From assembly GCF_009914755.1 (NCBI RefSeq), contig NC_060931.1: a stretch of 64,000 nucleotides of DNA; one strand, written 5' to 3'. Source of the DNA: the human T2T-CHM13v2.0 reference genome, Homo sapiens. Positions 31,044 to 57,494 of the stretch are shown here, piece after piece (the stretch's first letter is position 1; each line of letters begins with the position of its first letter). The notes under the pieces were generated by a model that saw only the letters and a list, made by a program, of their open reading frames with translations, searched no databases and was not told where the DNA came from. The position numbers and the translations under genes are program-made.

Positions 31044-31699
31044 CTAGAATTTAAGAATAGGAGCAAAATTAATTTTAAAATCTAAAACTAACTTAAGCAA
31101 CATTTAAGCATCTTAAAGGCCCTCTTCCCCAGCTATTCAGGTAAAGCTACATATTCATATCTCTTCATAGATACTTTGTCCCTGAAAAAACAAAGACATG
31201 AATGTTAGCTAATGTTTTTGTCATGTCAACACAAAATTCCCTTGACATCCAGACTTAATACTAGACATTTTTGCTATGTAACTAGTTCTGTTTATGTATA
31301 TTAATGATTCTTAAATATTTAAACAAAATCTGTGAACCCCTCCAGCAGAAATAGTAGACAAAAACTATGCATACAATTTCAGAGAATCCATCCATGGACC
31401 CCAGATTAAGGATATCTGATCTACAAAATGGCAATATCTGAAAAGTTTAAAAAGCACTGTTCTTGAAACAAGACTGAATTTTCATCCTTTCACTGTTGGT
31501 TCCTATTCAGGGCATTTTATGCTTTTAAGTAGAAATGATACTGTTTGAAGTACTTTTGTCTTAACTCTGAGGTACATTTTCTTATAGAAGCATCAGTGAG
31601 TGTAAGAACAACATGAACACTGCTCATAGATAAAGACACCTCCTGACCTGGGCCTCAAACTCCCCTTTGTCCTCACCCAACACTTTTAAGAACTCATTC

Positions 31700-34610
<2,911 letters not shown>

Positions 34611-35311
34611 TTACAACATATAAACCCTATCCATGACTCCGGGATTACTTTCCCTAGATGCAGAATTTCCTCATTCTAGTTTCCCAGAACTGTATTTCAA
34701 AATGCTAGGAAGAATAAGCCAAGATAACTTATTTAAGACTCCAATCTCTTCATGCACAGTAATTACTATCAGTACTCCAAAGAGAATATGGCAGAGACCA
34801 TCCAAATTGCAGAGCAAGACCCATTACTACCCTGGCAGGAAATAAGAACAAATGTGTGCCCCCAAAAAGTTAACAACCTTCTTCAGTCAGCCTTGGAAAA
34901 TCTTCAGAGTACACACATACAGGCGGACATTTTTTCTAATGCTCAGAACAACAGATTATATATTTAAAGTCATCCTAAAATGAAATTTATCGCTAAAAAG
35001 GAGACTAAGTTTCATTTTTAGCATTTTAAATAGGTATGTTTTAATAGGGTCTGTTACAATAACTGGGACACTTCTTTATTTACTGATTATAGTTCTATTT
35101 TAAAAGAAAAATCACTCACATTTTACATGAGGTTCTTTAAACTTCTTCCACTTAGAAGCATAGTAGTATGAAGAAATGATACAAGAAAATGGTGGGATGG
35201 CTTAGCCATGAGGGTCTAGCAACCCATTTTTATTCGTAAGGTGTGTTTTTGTGCCAAGCCACACCATGTTTTTGTTTGTTTTTTTCTTAAAAATGAAAGA
35301 AATGAACTCAC

Positions 35312-35436
35312 CCAACCCCCTCCCAATAGGCCGGCTCCCCACGTGAGCAGTCCTTCAGTAACTGGATCATCTCAGCATGGGGCATGCTGGGCAGTCACAG
35401 CCAAATGGGAGCCGGCATGGCTGGACTCAGGGGGAT
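35312..35436 (-). other. Candidate 125-nt poison cassette exon in BAZ1B intron 6
   Basis: gttttatactttttcag|ATCCCC acceptor; GGTTGG|gtgagt donor; in-frame TGA at 35397-35395; GC-rich island in AT-rich unique sequence. Confidence 0.5.
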
Positions 35437-36109
35437 CTGAAAAAGTATAAAACCACTTATGTGCTAACAGTGCTCCCTATCCCCCACTCAGCACAGTTAA
35501 TCTACCAGACTAGCAGATGGGGAGGGAGAAGAAAGGACACCTGGATTACCAGCAGTATAATTTTTGCCAAAGGCCCTTCCTAATTGCTAAACAGAAAAAA
35601 ATATTTATGACTGTCTCGGCAACATGGAAGGTTGAAAGAAAAAGAGAGCGTCCACAATTTTACATTTGTTCCTGTCACTTGAAACTCACCACAACCACAA
35701 ATATCTGTCTGCAACTCCTGTTTCTTGATTAAAAAAAGGATAAAAATTAAAGAAATTACTTGTAGCAGCTCATTCAGATGCTGCACACAACTTAATAATA
35801 AGCAATATAATCTAGGCAGCAAAACCCTGAATTAGCAAACCTTGGCAATCCATATTGATTCTTATCTCACTGTTCTCATTCACCCAGGGCAACATGTTAG
35901 AACTCTGAGGACAACACTCAAATAGTGGGCTTTTCTCAATTTCCACATGCCTTTATTAGCAAGTTTGCAAAATTTGTTACTATAAAATATATTTAAAGTG
36001 TTCTCAAAATAATATAACTTACTTTTCATTTTTTTTCTTCTAGCAACCATTCCTTCAACAATATAATTTACCTTTTAAAGTACTTCTGTTCTAACCCCTA
36101 ACTCACAAA

Positions 36110-39945
<3,836 letters not shown>

Positions 39946-40914
39946 TTAGGAAACTCAAAAAATATTTTACCCATAAAAAGAGTCTTTCACATTATTCACA
40001 TACTTGAATCACTAAACTAAAATACATAAAACAGAGCTGTAAGATTAGAAAAGAGGAAAATATTAAGGACTCAAGTAATCCAAGAATTAGTCTAAAACCC
40101 ATTTAGAGATGGTTTCATGGAGTTCTCATATAGCGAAGATAGGAATCTCATGTGAAGACCACAGAAAGCTGAATCATGGTTCCAAACTCTGTGGCAACAA
40201 AATGACAGTGAACTCAAAATTTCTCCTCAACAAACAAAAACAAACATCTGAGAAAAAAATTATAGTTCCATGGAAAATTTAGTCCTGATCTAGAAAAAGC
40301 CAATTACTTTCTAAATTTTTCCTTTTAAGCAAATAATAATAATTTAAAGAGCATAACAGAAGACACCACTTATCTTGCTGGTCTAGAATAAGAAAATCTG
40401 CTAAGTGCTAAAACCATGACTGGAGGTCTTTACTAATGTTTTGGAGAAATAAAATTACTTTTCAATATGCTTTTGTCACCATAATCAACTTAAGATAATT
40501 GAACAAATTTAGTTGTTATGACTTCAGATGTCTTTATATTTTCATAATTAAATGAAATGGGAAAAAAAGAAATCCTGGAAATGTGACCTAGTTTTAATGG
40601 ATCAAGAGCCCTTTTCTGGTTCTACGCTGGCCCAGAGACCAAGATGAAAATTATCAGCCAGTATGCTGCGTTACATTTACCAATGAAAGAAGCATTAAGT
40701 ACTTTCAAAACCTACATTAAAAAACCACTTTAACAGGTAAAGCTTGAAATGGAAAAGAAAATCAGAAATCCTAGGCCAGTGTCTTAAGTCTTGTCATCAC
40801 TTTCTGTTGGTTCTGATTAGACTAGGCCTCAGATACCCCATCTGTAAAATGAAATATATATATGTACCATATAACTTCATAAAAATATTTGGAAAATCAA
40901 AAGTGAGGATTTTA

Positions 40915-41103
<189 letters not shown>

Positions 41104-41674
41104 TCAGGAGGCTGAGAAGAAGGAGAAGGAGGTTGCAGTGAGCCGAGATCGCACTACTGCACTCCAGCCTGGGTGACAGAGCGAGACTCCAACTCAAAAA
41201 AAAAAAAAAAACAAAAAAAACTTACTCTTCAAGAGGAAAATACTAGGTTTTCCACTAATCTATCACACACACTGCTCCTCATTCCAGGTTCTTTTCAAGG
41301 CTGCCACTGTATGTGATCATCTTGTCCGACATGCAAAATCAGTTTTCATTCTTGGTAACTGGTTAACAAAATACTTTTTATATTTATACCATACCTCATT
41401 CCAAAAAGGGTCTGAGGCACAAAAGCACATGTATATAGACTTTTAAAATTATGCTAGCATAATAAAAAATAAATTGAACTGGGGAAGATATTAAATGTGG
41501 CCTCTCCCCTACCAACCTCACATAACAACCTGTATGTAACAGATATACCTGAAAAATTTTTAATTCATTATCTGATGTTAGAGTTCAAAACCTGCTATAA
41601 ATATAAATATACTGGAGCCATCAGAGAAATAATGATGCTTTATCCTGCTGTCCAAAAATTAACAGTGACCTTAC

Positions 41675-41872
41675 CTTGTATGGATCAAGTAAAAAGTCAC
41701 TGAACTTGCTGGGCAGAGAGTATTTCTTCACCAATTCATCTTCTACGACCCAAGGTGCATTTTCACCAGTACCAGCTCGTAATGCATTATGCCGTATAAA
41801 GTATCGAACTATCTCCTTATTTGGTGGGCGCTCTGTACGAATCAAGCTGTCTGCTGGCACGTTACTGATGAT
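41675..41872 (-). CDS. BAZ1B: BAZ1B exon 6 (198 nt): IISNVPADSLIRTERPPNKEIVRYFIRHNALR...FLLDPYK
   Basis: acctag|ATCATC acceptor; TACAAG|gtaagg donor; ORF 41621..41860. Confidence 0.97.
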
Positions 41873-42561
41873 CTAGGTTAAAAAGAAACAAATAACTCAC
41901 CACTGGGGTAAAAAGTAATTACCCAAATGAGAACAAGCAATATACGTTCTCTCCAGAAAAATCAAAATTCCATCTATATCAACAGGGCTACAAATTAGAA
42001 AGAAAAATATATAGGCCAGGGATGGTTTCTTACACTTGTAATCTCATCAACTCAGGAGGCCAAGGTATAAAGATTGTTTGAGGCCAGGAGTTACAGATCG
42101 ACCTGGGCAATATAACAAGACCCTCTGTGTACAAAAATCAAAATACGCCAATAGTCCTAGCTATTTGGGAGGCTGAAGCAGGGGAATTACTTGAACCCAG
42201 GAGTTCGAAGCTATAGTGAGCTATGGTCACACCAATGCACTCTAGCCTGGGCAACAGAGTGAGACCCTATCTGAGAGACAGAAAACGGAGAATAATTTTC
42301 AGAGACAGAATGTCAATTTAAAAATATCCTTAGGCAATATGTCAATATGTATCAAAGTTTTCTAAAAATATGTATACCCTTTCAGCAATTCCTCTCGTTA
42401 AGAATTTATCTTAGGAAGTAAATGGACAAAGTTGTCATCAAATGCTTGTAATAGCAAAAAAGTGAGGAATGGGTTGAGAGTTATTACCTAAAGGTACACC
42501 AATAAGGGATTTGTTAAATGAAACTATGTACATATAATGGACACTGCAGTCCTATGAAAAA

Positions 42562-42739
42562 ACTTTCTCAATCCAGAAAAATTCATCAGAATCATCTAGG
42601 GTACTATTAAAATGCAGATGTTTGGGCCTCACCACACACTTAATGAATCTTATGACTCTCTGGCAGTAGAGGTTAGGAATCAACATATCTAATCACCTCC
42701 CCTGGTGACTATCACACACATTAAAATCTGAGAACACTG
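42562..42739. mobile_element. MER5A (hAT-Charlie)
   Basis: catcagaatcatctagggtactattaaaatgcagatgtttgggcc...tgagaacactg. Confidence 0.75.
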
Positions 42740-43105
42740 TTTTGGAAGAAAATTTAATGACATTACAGATGTTTAGCACACAATAAATGAAAAAATTAAG
42801 TTATAAAATAATATAAACAGAATAGTTCTACTTTTAAAAGTCACTTAATAGCAGGAAACAGAGAAGGAAGGAATACAAAAAAATTTTTTTTAAAAAGTCA
42901 CTTAGGAGCTACCTACCATTCACTAAATCTATATTCACCAATTATCTCTGAGCATGACATTAGATACTATCTCTTTCTTATTTGCATTTTCTTTCTTCCT
43001 GTAACCAATACTTATATTTGTGAACAAAATACTTATACTCATCAATATGAATACAAGGGATACTTAGGGAAGTGGTTAAAACTAAGCATTTTTTTTTTTT
43101 TTTGA

Positions 43106-43264
<159 letters not shown>

Positions 43265-43565
43265 TAGTAGAGATGGGGTTTCTCCATGTTGGTCAGGCTG
43301 GTCTCGAACTCCCGAGCTCAGGTGATCCACCTGCCTCGGCCTCCCAAAGTGCTGGGATTACAGGCATGAGCCACCGTGCCTGGCCTAAAACTAGGCATGT
43401 CTTAATCAGCTACCTTGCTGAATGAGAAGAAACTCTGTGAAAAATTGTATTTAACAATATCCAATATTCAAATATAAAAAAATCCTGGCCAGGTGCAGTG
43501 GCTCATGCCTGTAATCCCAGTACTTTGGGAAGCCGAGGCAGGCGGATCACAAGGTCAGGAGTTCA

Positions 43566-43868
<303 letters not shown>

Positions 43869-43937
43869 TCAGGAGTTCGAGATCAGCCTGACCAACGTGG
43901 TGAAACTCTGTCTCTACAAAAAACACAAAATTAGTCA

Positions 43938-44078
<141 letters not shown>

Positions 44079-44441
44079 TCAAAAAAAGAAAAGAAAAGAA
44101 AAAAAAAATCCTAACAACCCAGCCAAGGCTTCTGATCACGAACCATAACACCAACAGTCAGAATGGAATCGGACTTGTCAGCATTCTGAGGCAGGAACAA
44201 AACAATGTAAATAAAGAAGCAAAAGATTTGGGTTACAATCCTTCCCATTTTCATTTACTGAATCAAGAATTTTGACAGTTATTAAACTTCTCAGGTCTTA
44301 GCTGTTTCTTCTGTAAAATGGTTATACCTGAAGACAAATGTGCATTGCCTTCCACACCCAGTCTCCTAATCCACCTTTCTAAGATTCTGCACATACAGGT
44401 GGTGTAGGAATACCTGAAAAGTAACATTCCATATTTCTTAG

Positions 44442-44597
<156 letters not shown>

Positions 44598-45280
44598 TGA
44601 GTAGCTGGGATTATAGGCGTGCGCCACCACACCTGGCAAATTTTTTTTTGTTTTGTTTTTTGAGAAGGAATCTTGCTCTATCGCCCAGGCTGGAGTGCAG
44701 TGGCGTGATCTCCACTCACTGCAAGCTCCGCCTCCCAGGTTCATGCCATTCTCCTGCCTCAGCCTCCTGAGTAGCTGGGACTACATGCGCCCGCCACCAC
44801 GCCCGGCTAATTTTTTGTATTTTTAGTAGAGATGTGGTTTCACCATGTTAGCCGGGATGGTCTCGATCTCCTGACCTCATGATCCGCCCACCTCGGCCTC
44901 CCAAAGTACTGGGATTACAGGCGTGAGCCACCACGCCCGGCCTGACTGCTCTACTTTTAACTGGGAAGAGTGATTTCCTTGGAAAGTCCATAACTGCTGG
45001 GAACAGATTCTTAATTTTCAAACTGAATTTCAAGCTCAAATGTAAATTACTTACACTCTACTAATTCCTATAAGAAAGAGGAAAAGCATGGTATCTTCTA
45101 GGAAAGAAAATATAATTTACATTAACTTGAAGTCATTAATTACTGTAACTACAAAACCACTCAGAATCTGCTGTACATTCATTTACATTTTTCTTCAGCA
45201 CATTTTCTCCAACAAAAGCAACCCTATGATATTTTCTTAAAGAACATCTATCACATGTAAAAAGTAAAGTGTCAACTAAC

Positions 45281-45402
45281 CTTATCTTCATTTTGTAGTT
45301 TCACATCATATTTGTGAGGCAGAAATTTTGGAGGAGCCCATTTCCTTTCTCCTTTTTTTAATGAAGTAGGAAGTTTTCGTGGCGATCTACGTGCTCTGTC
45401 AT
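45281..45402 (-). CDS. BAZ1B: BAZ1B exon 5 (122 nt): (N)DRARRSPRKLPTSLKKGERKWAPPKFLPHKYDVKLQNEDK
   Basis: gactag|ATGACAG acceptor; GATAAG|gttagt donor; not represented in the ORF track. Confidence 0.96.
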
Positions 45403-45454
45403 CTAGTCAAATCATAGAAAATTAGTGAAAAACGTAATTATTTTAATCCTTTTC

Positions 45455-48700
<3,246 letters not shown>

Positions 48701-49259
48701 GTAATGCCCTTATTACAAAACTTCAGTATCAAAAAGAAGAGGGAAACTGGAAAATACAGACGTTAGCATTCACAATACAGGAGAAAACAAACTGAAGTAT
48801 CAACAACTTGGGATGGACCAACTACAATGACACTCTCAGAAGTTTGCTTCGAACTACATTAAGAAAGTACCTCAAAAACCATCTGCACAGATCCAAAACA
48901 TCTAGACACACAAAATAGAATGGGAGACAGACAACATCACATTCTAATGCAAAGTTTGTACCAGTTAAATAGTAAGCTAACATTTGATCCTCTAATACTC
49001 ATGCGGAGGGAGACCAATACACACCAAACACTTGGTGCACCTACATTTTTGGAGACAACAATAATCAAGTCCAGTCAAATTCTTTATTAATGAAGGCCTC
49101 AGAGGCTGAACGGTCTTCCCAGTGAGCCAAATCTCAATTGTTCAAATTTAAAAACATTATTGTTAGAGTCTCCAGGTCCCTAGGACATCATAGTTTCAGG
49201 ATTTTACCTGCTCCCGTGTGAGAGGGACTTAGATTACAGATTATGGAGAGAAAAAAGTG

Positions 49260-50267
<1,008 letters not shown>

Positions 50268-50410
50268 TACCTAAAACCATCACATTGGCTTATAATGTGA
50301 AGATCAGGGTTAGAATTTGCTCTTCCTACCTTGATCACCCCCCAATACATAAATACATATTTCCACTTCAAGACGAAAGGAAAGCAGACTTTCCTTGCCA
50401 TCTTGAGTAG

Positions 50411-50800
<390 letters not shown>

Positions 50801-50988
50801 TAATTATTTAGGGATATTCAAGTGTTTCATGTTGTGGACATTTTAGTTGTTCTATGAATCATAAATGAACAAAATCATGTCTACATAAAAAATCACACAT
50901 TTAGTTGCTAGAGAACCCTAAAAGATGTGTTCATAATAAAATAAACAGGATCTCATAAAACACTAAGGAAAGCTAATATCAAACATAC

Positions 50989-51190
50989 TAATACTCTCTC
51001 TCCTTCCTTCATCCTCTTTCACAACTGTCTCCTTCTTCTGATGGTCCTGAGCAATCTGACTGGAGTTCTCTTTGTCACTTGATGGAGAATCACAGGCACC
51101 ATCAGATTTCTTCTCAGTGGCCTCTTCATCCACTTTCTCCAAAGGATGAATCTTCACAATCTTCACCTTGAGCATTTTCTCCTTCCCAAC
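50989..51190 (-). CDS. BAZ1B: BAZ1B exon 4 (202 nt): VGKEKMLKVKIVKIHPLEK...EGRRESI
   Basis: ttatag|GTTGGG acceptor; ATTA|gtatgt donor; overlaps ORF 50963..51175. Confidence 0.97.
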
Positions 51191-52731
51191 CTATAAAGGA
51201 GGTAGTAGAGAAAATCAGAGATAATAAACACCCAGAAACCTGAAGATGTTTAGAACATATCATCCAATATACATGCCTCCTCAACTAACAAAAGGTGATT
51301 GAAACAGTAAAGTATCCAAGTACAATGAACTGTTTTCAACTTTTTTTCTCAGACTTCTAGGTTGAAATATGACAGCCTAAAAAAATGAAATAAATGATCA
51401 CAATCTAGGTTCATGATTCATGTAAAATGCCAATATACAAGGCCAAAGGGCAATCACTGTACCAGCCTAAAATATGTGAATACAGTTCAAGAATTTACAT
51501 TTTTGTATGTATTTACTTATTATTATTTTTTTTTTGAGACACAGTCTCTCTCTGTCACCCAGGCTGAAGTGCAGTGGTATGATCTCGGCTCACTGCAACC
51601 TCCGCTTCCTGGGTTCAAGCCATTCTAACCTGCCTCAGCCTCCGGAGTAGCTGGGACTATAGGCACGCACCATCGTGCCAGGCTAATTTTTGTATTTTTA
51701 GTAGAGACGAGGTTTCACCATGTTTGCCAGGCTGATCTCAAACTCCTGACCTCAACTGATCTGCTTGTCTCAGCCTCCCAAAGGGCTGGGATTACAGGCG
51801 TGAGCCACGGTGCCTGGCCTACATTTTAAAAAAAAGAAATCAACTGTATATGGATATACAAATGTTCCAGAACCATTTGTTGAAATAACACCTTTCTCTA
51901 CTTAATTACCTTTCCACCTCTATCAAAAATCAACTGTGTAGGGCCAGGATTACAGGCATGAGCCACCATGCCCGGCCAGACCCAGGAATTTGAGGCTAGC
52001 CTGGGCAATATAGGGAGACCCCATCTTTACAAAATAAAATAAAATTAGCCAAGCATGATGGCGTGTTCCCATAGTCTTAACTACGGAGGAGGCTGAGGCA
52101 GGAAGATCGCTTGAGCCCAGGTTTTTGAGGCTGCAGTAAGCTATGACAGTGCCACCACACTCCGGCCTAGGTGACAGGGTGAGACCCTATCTTGGGGCAT
52201 TAGAGGGCTGCGAACCACTGCTATGTCCTCTTGACAAACTGACTCATTTTTTTCATTATAAAATGACTTGCTACTTCTTTATCCCTGGTTATATTCTTTA
52301 ATCTGAAATCTATCCTCTGATACTTACATAGCCCCTTCAGATTTCTTTTGACTTATGTTAACATGGCATGTATTTTTCCATTCTTTCACTTTTATTCTAT
52401 GTGTTTCTCTCTTATACACAGCAATACCATTTGGTCTTGCTTTTTCTGCCCAAAATGAGTATTTCTACTGTTCTGTTATTGTTTTAAAGAAATGAGATTT
52501 TTGTTATGTTGCCGAGTCTGGCCTTGAACTTCTGGGCTCAAGCAATTCTCTCGCCTCAGCCTCCTAAGTAGCTGGGACTACAGGCACACACCACACCTGG
52601 TCAATGTCTACCCTTTAATTGAAATGTTTAGATTACTTATGTTTAATATAATTATAGATATATTTAAGGTTTATTTGCTTTTCTATTCAGCCTCAACAAA
52701 ACTAAAAACTGCTCTTCAAAAAATACTGTTA

Positions 52732-52947
<216 letters not shown>

Positions 52948-53272
52948 TCACTTGAGCCTGGGACGTTGAAGATGAAGGGAGTTATGATTGTGCACCGCAC
53001 TCAAGCTTGGGCAACACAGCGAGACCTTATCTCACAAAATAAAAATAAAAATAAAAAAACTCTACAAAGCTTTTCCAATGCTCATTAAGAGTTCAAACCA
53101 AGCCGGGCACAGTGGCTCATGCCTGTAATCCCAGCACTTTGGGAGGCTGAAGTGGGTGGGTCACCTGAAGTCAGGAGTTTGAGACCAGCCTGTCCAACAT
53201 GGTGAAACTTCGTCTCTACTAAAAATACAAAAAGTAGCTGGGCATGGTGGCGGGCACCTGTAATCCCAGCTA

Positions 53273-53404
<132 letters not shown>

Positions 53405-53587
53405 TCAAACCATTTTTGCAAAGCAACCCTTATGATAAATCCAAAACCAAAAACAACAGAGTTCAAGGCCGGGCGCAGTGGCTCACACCTGTAATCCCAG
53501 CGCTTTGGGAGGCCCAGGCAGGCGGATCACCTGAGGTCGGGAGTTCGAGACCAGCCTGACCAACATGGAGAAGCCCCGTCTCTACTA

Positions 53588-53746
<159 letters not shown>

Positions 53747-53914
53747 TCAAAACAAAACAAAACAAAACAAAAACAAAAACAACAGATTTCAAACCATGAC
53801 CTAACCTTTGACAACCTGTACAAGATCTAGCCCTTGGCTACCTGATACTACCATTCCCACCATCCTCCCTCCTTCTGTAGTCCAACCACACTGATTTTTC
53901 TCTGTTCTTCCAGT

Positions 53915-54136
53915 ACAATGGTTTTCCCAGTACAGTACAGGGGTAATTATGTCATACCTCTTTTCCTTTCTTTCCCCGAGACATATGGCAATGTCTGATT
54001 TTCACAGCTGAGAGGGTGCTACTGGCATCTAGTGGATAGAGGCCAGGTATGCTGCTGAATACCCTACAATGCACAGGACAGCACCCACTAGAATCATCTG
54101 TCCTAAAGTTTGTAATGCCAACGTTGAGAAACCCCG
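53915..54136. mobile_element. MER20 (hAT-Charlie)
   Basis: ggtgctactggcatctagtggatagaggccaggtatgctgctgaataccctacaatgcacaggacagc...gttgagaaaccc. Confidence 0.88.
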
Positions 54137-54332
54137 TTCCTGACCATCAAGTTCCCTTCTGTCTAAAGGCCTTCACACACCCTGTTCTCTCTCCCTGAAA
54201 TACTCAATGCCCCCTTCTCCCATGGATATATCCTACTCAACCTACAGGCTTCACCTTAAATGTTGCCTCCTCAGAGGAGCTTTACTGGATCAACACCAAT
54301 TCTGGTTCTAAGCTAGATTCCCCTGATTATAA

Positions 54333-54617
<285 letters not shown>

Positions 54618-55129
54618 TGATCTGCCTGCCTCGGCCTCCCAAAGTGCTGGGATTACAGGTGTGAGCCACCGCACCTGGCCTCATCACCAATGCTAAACAC
54701 ACAGAAACAACTGTGGATTTTGGTCACTACTGTTTTTCCAGCACCCAAAACATGCTATCTACATAGCCGGTCATCAATAAATATCTGGGATAAACCCCTC
54801 TATATTGGGACAATGTTTGTGGCACGCTTCCAATGTCCATCATATCTACTTTTTTTTTATCACACTTAGAGTGCAAAACATTTTTATAAATAATGAACAC
54901 CTGTGTACCCACCATACAGGTTAAAATACTTAACATTAATAGTGGCCAGACCCAGTGGCTCACACCTGCAATCCCAACACTTTGGGAGGCCAAAGCAGGA
55001 GGACTGCTTGAGCTCAGGAGTTCAAGAACAGCCTTGGCAACTTGGTGAAACCCCATCTCTACAAAAAATACAAAAATTAGCCAGTGCCTTTGGACTGTAG
55101 GATGAGGAAAAAAAAAAAAAATACAATTA

Positions 55130-55375
<246 letters not shown>

Positions 55376-56229
55376 TTAGTTTTGCCTGCTTTGAGCCTTC
55401 TATAAATGTAATCATACTGTATTCTTCTGCGACTTCTTTCAAGTTCACATTTTTTCTGCTATAGAGTATTGTGTGGCTTAACAATTTGTTTATCCATTCA
55501 ACTACTGATGGCTACCTGGGTTATCTCCTCATTGGACTACTATGAACAATTCTATTAATATACTTACACAGATTTCCTGCGGCAAAACTGAGGGTAAATA
55601 CTCAAGCAAAAATCCTTAGTCAAAGGGTATGTATAATAACCAATTGTATTCAGCAATGCCGAGTGCTTTCCAAAATATATGTGCTATTTACACTATAAGC
55701 AATTCCACATTCCTGTCAAAACTTGGCAGCAAGTTTTTTTCTTTATTAATCTGATGTGTATACATTATCTCACTATGGTTTCGATTAGATTTCCTGCATT
55801 ATTGATGAGTTTAAACATATTTTCATGTTTATGGACATACATACTTCCCTAGTATCTCTTCCCTTTCCTCTTTTTTTTGTTTTTGAGACAGGGTCTTGCT
55901 ATGTTGCCCAGGCTGGAGTACAGTGGTGCGATCATAGCTCACTGCAGCCTTGAACTCCTGAGTTCAAGCGATCCTCTTGCCTGTCTTCCAAGTAGCTGGG
56001 ACTACAGAAATGCACCACCATGCACGGCCAATTTTTATTATTTTTTGTAGAAACAGGGTCTCCCTATGTTGCCCAGGCTGGTCTCAAACTCCTAGCTTCA
56101 AGCCAACCTCCCGCCTCAGCCTCCCAAAGTACTGGGATTACAGGCAGGAGCCATTGGGTTCAGCCCATCTTTCCTCAAACATTTCTTCTTTCACCTTGCA
56201 GATGTGTGCAAAATATTTTCGTTTTGCCA

Positions 56230-56700
56230 TGTCAATTCCATTTCCATCCTTCTCTACCTGGCTCTATGCTTAAATAGGCTGACCTTTACAGCCTCCACCA
56301 AGACTCCCCTTGCCCTCTAGATTCTGGTGAGTTCAGTTCATAGGGAGCATGAGCAGAAAACCAGGAGATGGAAGTAAAGCATCCTTGGGGTGTTTATTTC
56401 CAAATGCCTCCCTAGGAGGATGGTTACAGTTACAGTTTTCTCTCACTACCATAGTACTCTTCAACAACAGCAGCTACTCTTTTCTAGTTCCTGTACCCAC
56501 TCCCTCCCTCTGCTTCCTTGGGGTTTAGAAATGATAAAGTCTTCCCCAACTGCTGATAGGTATGAGGCACTCAACCTTTCCTTGTTAAGTTTTCCTTAAC
56601 CCTGATCAGACTGCTGTCTGCTGTCAACAGCCCCTTTATTAAACTCAATTCAATTACATTTGAGTATGCCATCTGTTTCCTGCCAGGACACTGACTGATA
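56230..56700 (+). mobile_element. LTR33-like ERVL solo LTR
   Basis: ccctttattaaactc...gagtatgccatctgtttcctgccaggacactgactgata 3' end. Confidence 0.7.
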
Positions 56701-56935
56701 TAAAGTATGTGATTAGAACCCACTAATGGTCAGCCACAGTGATTCATGCCTGTAATCTCAGCATTTTGCCAGGCCAAGGTGGGAGGATCATGCAAGTCCA
56801 GGAGTCTGAAACCAGCCTGGACAACATGGCAAGACCCTGTTTCTCTATAAAAAATAAAAAACTTAGCTAGGCGGCCAGGCGTGGTGGCTCACATCTGTAA
56901 TCCCAGCACTCTGGGAGGCCGAGGCGGGTGGATCA

Positions 56936-57387
<452 letters not shown>

Positions 57388-57494
57388 CTAGGAGATAGAA
57401 AGGAGTCAGAGTAAATTATTGAAACAAAGAAAGAACAAGAACTTTGAAACCAGAGAGACAGGTGTGAATCTTGGCCCCATCAAGTACTGGCTAT

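Noticed and set aside
35312-35440. Structured block considered as an intronic snoRNA/scaRNA or tRNA-like gene
   Set aside because: No properly placed C (RUGAUGA) and D boxes, no H/ACA layout, no tRNA A/B boxes; the flanking splice signals fit an exon better.
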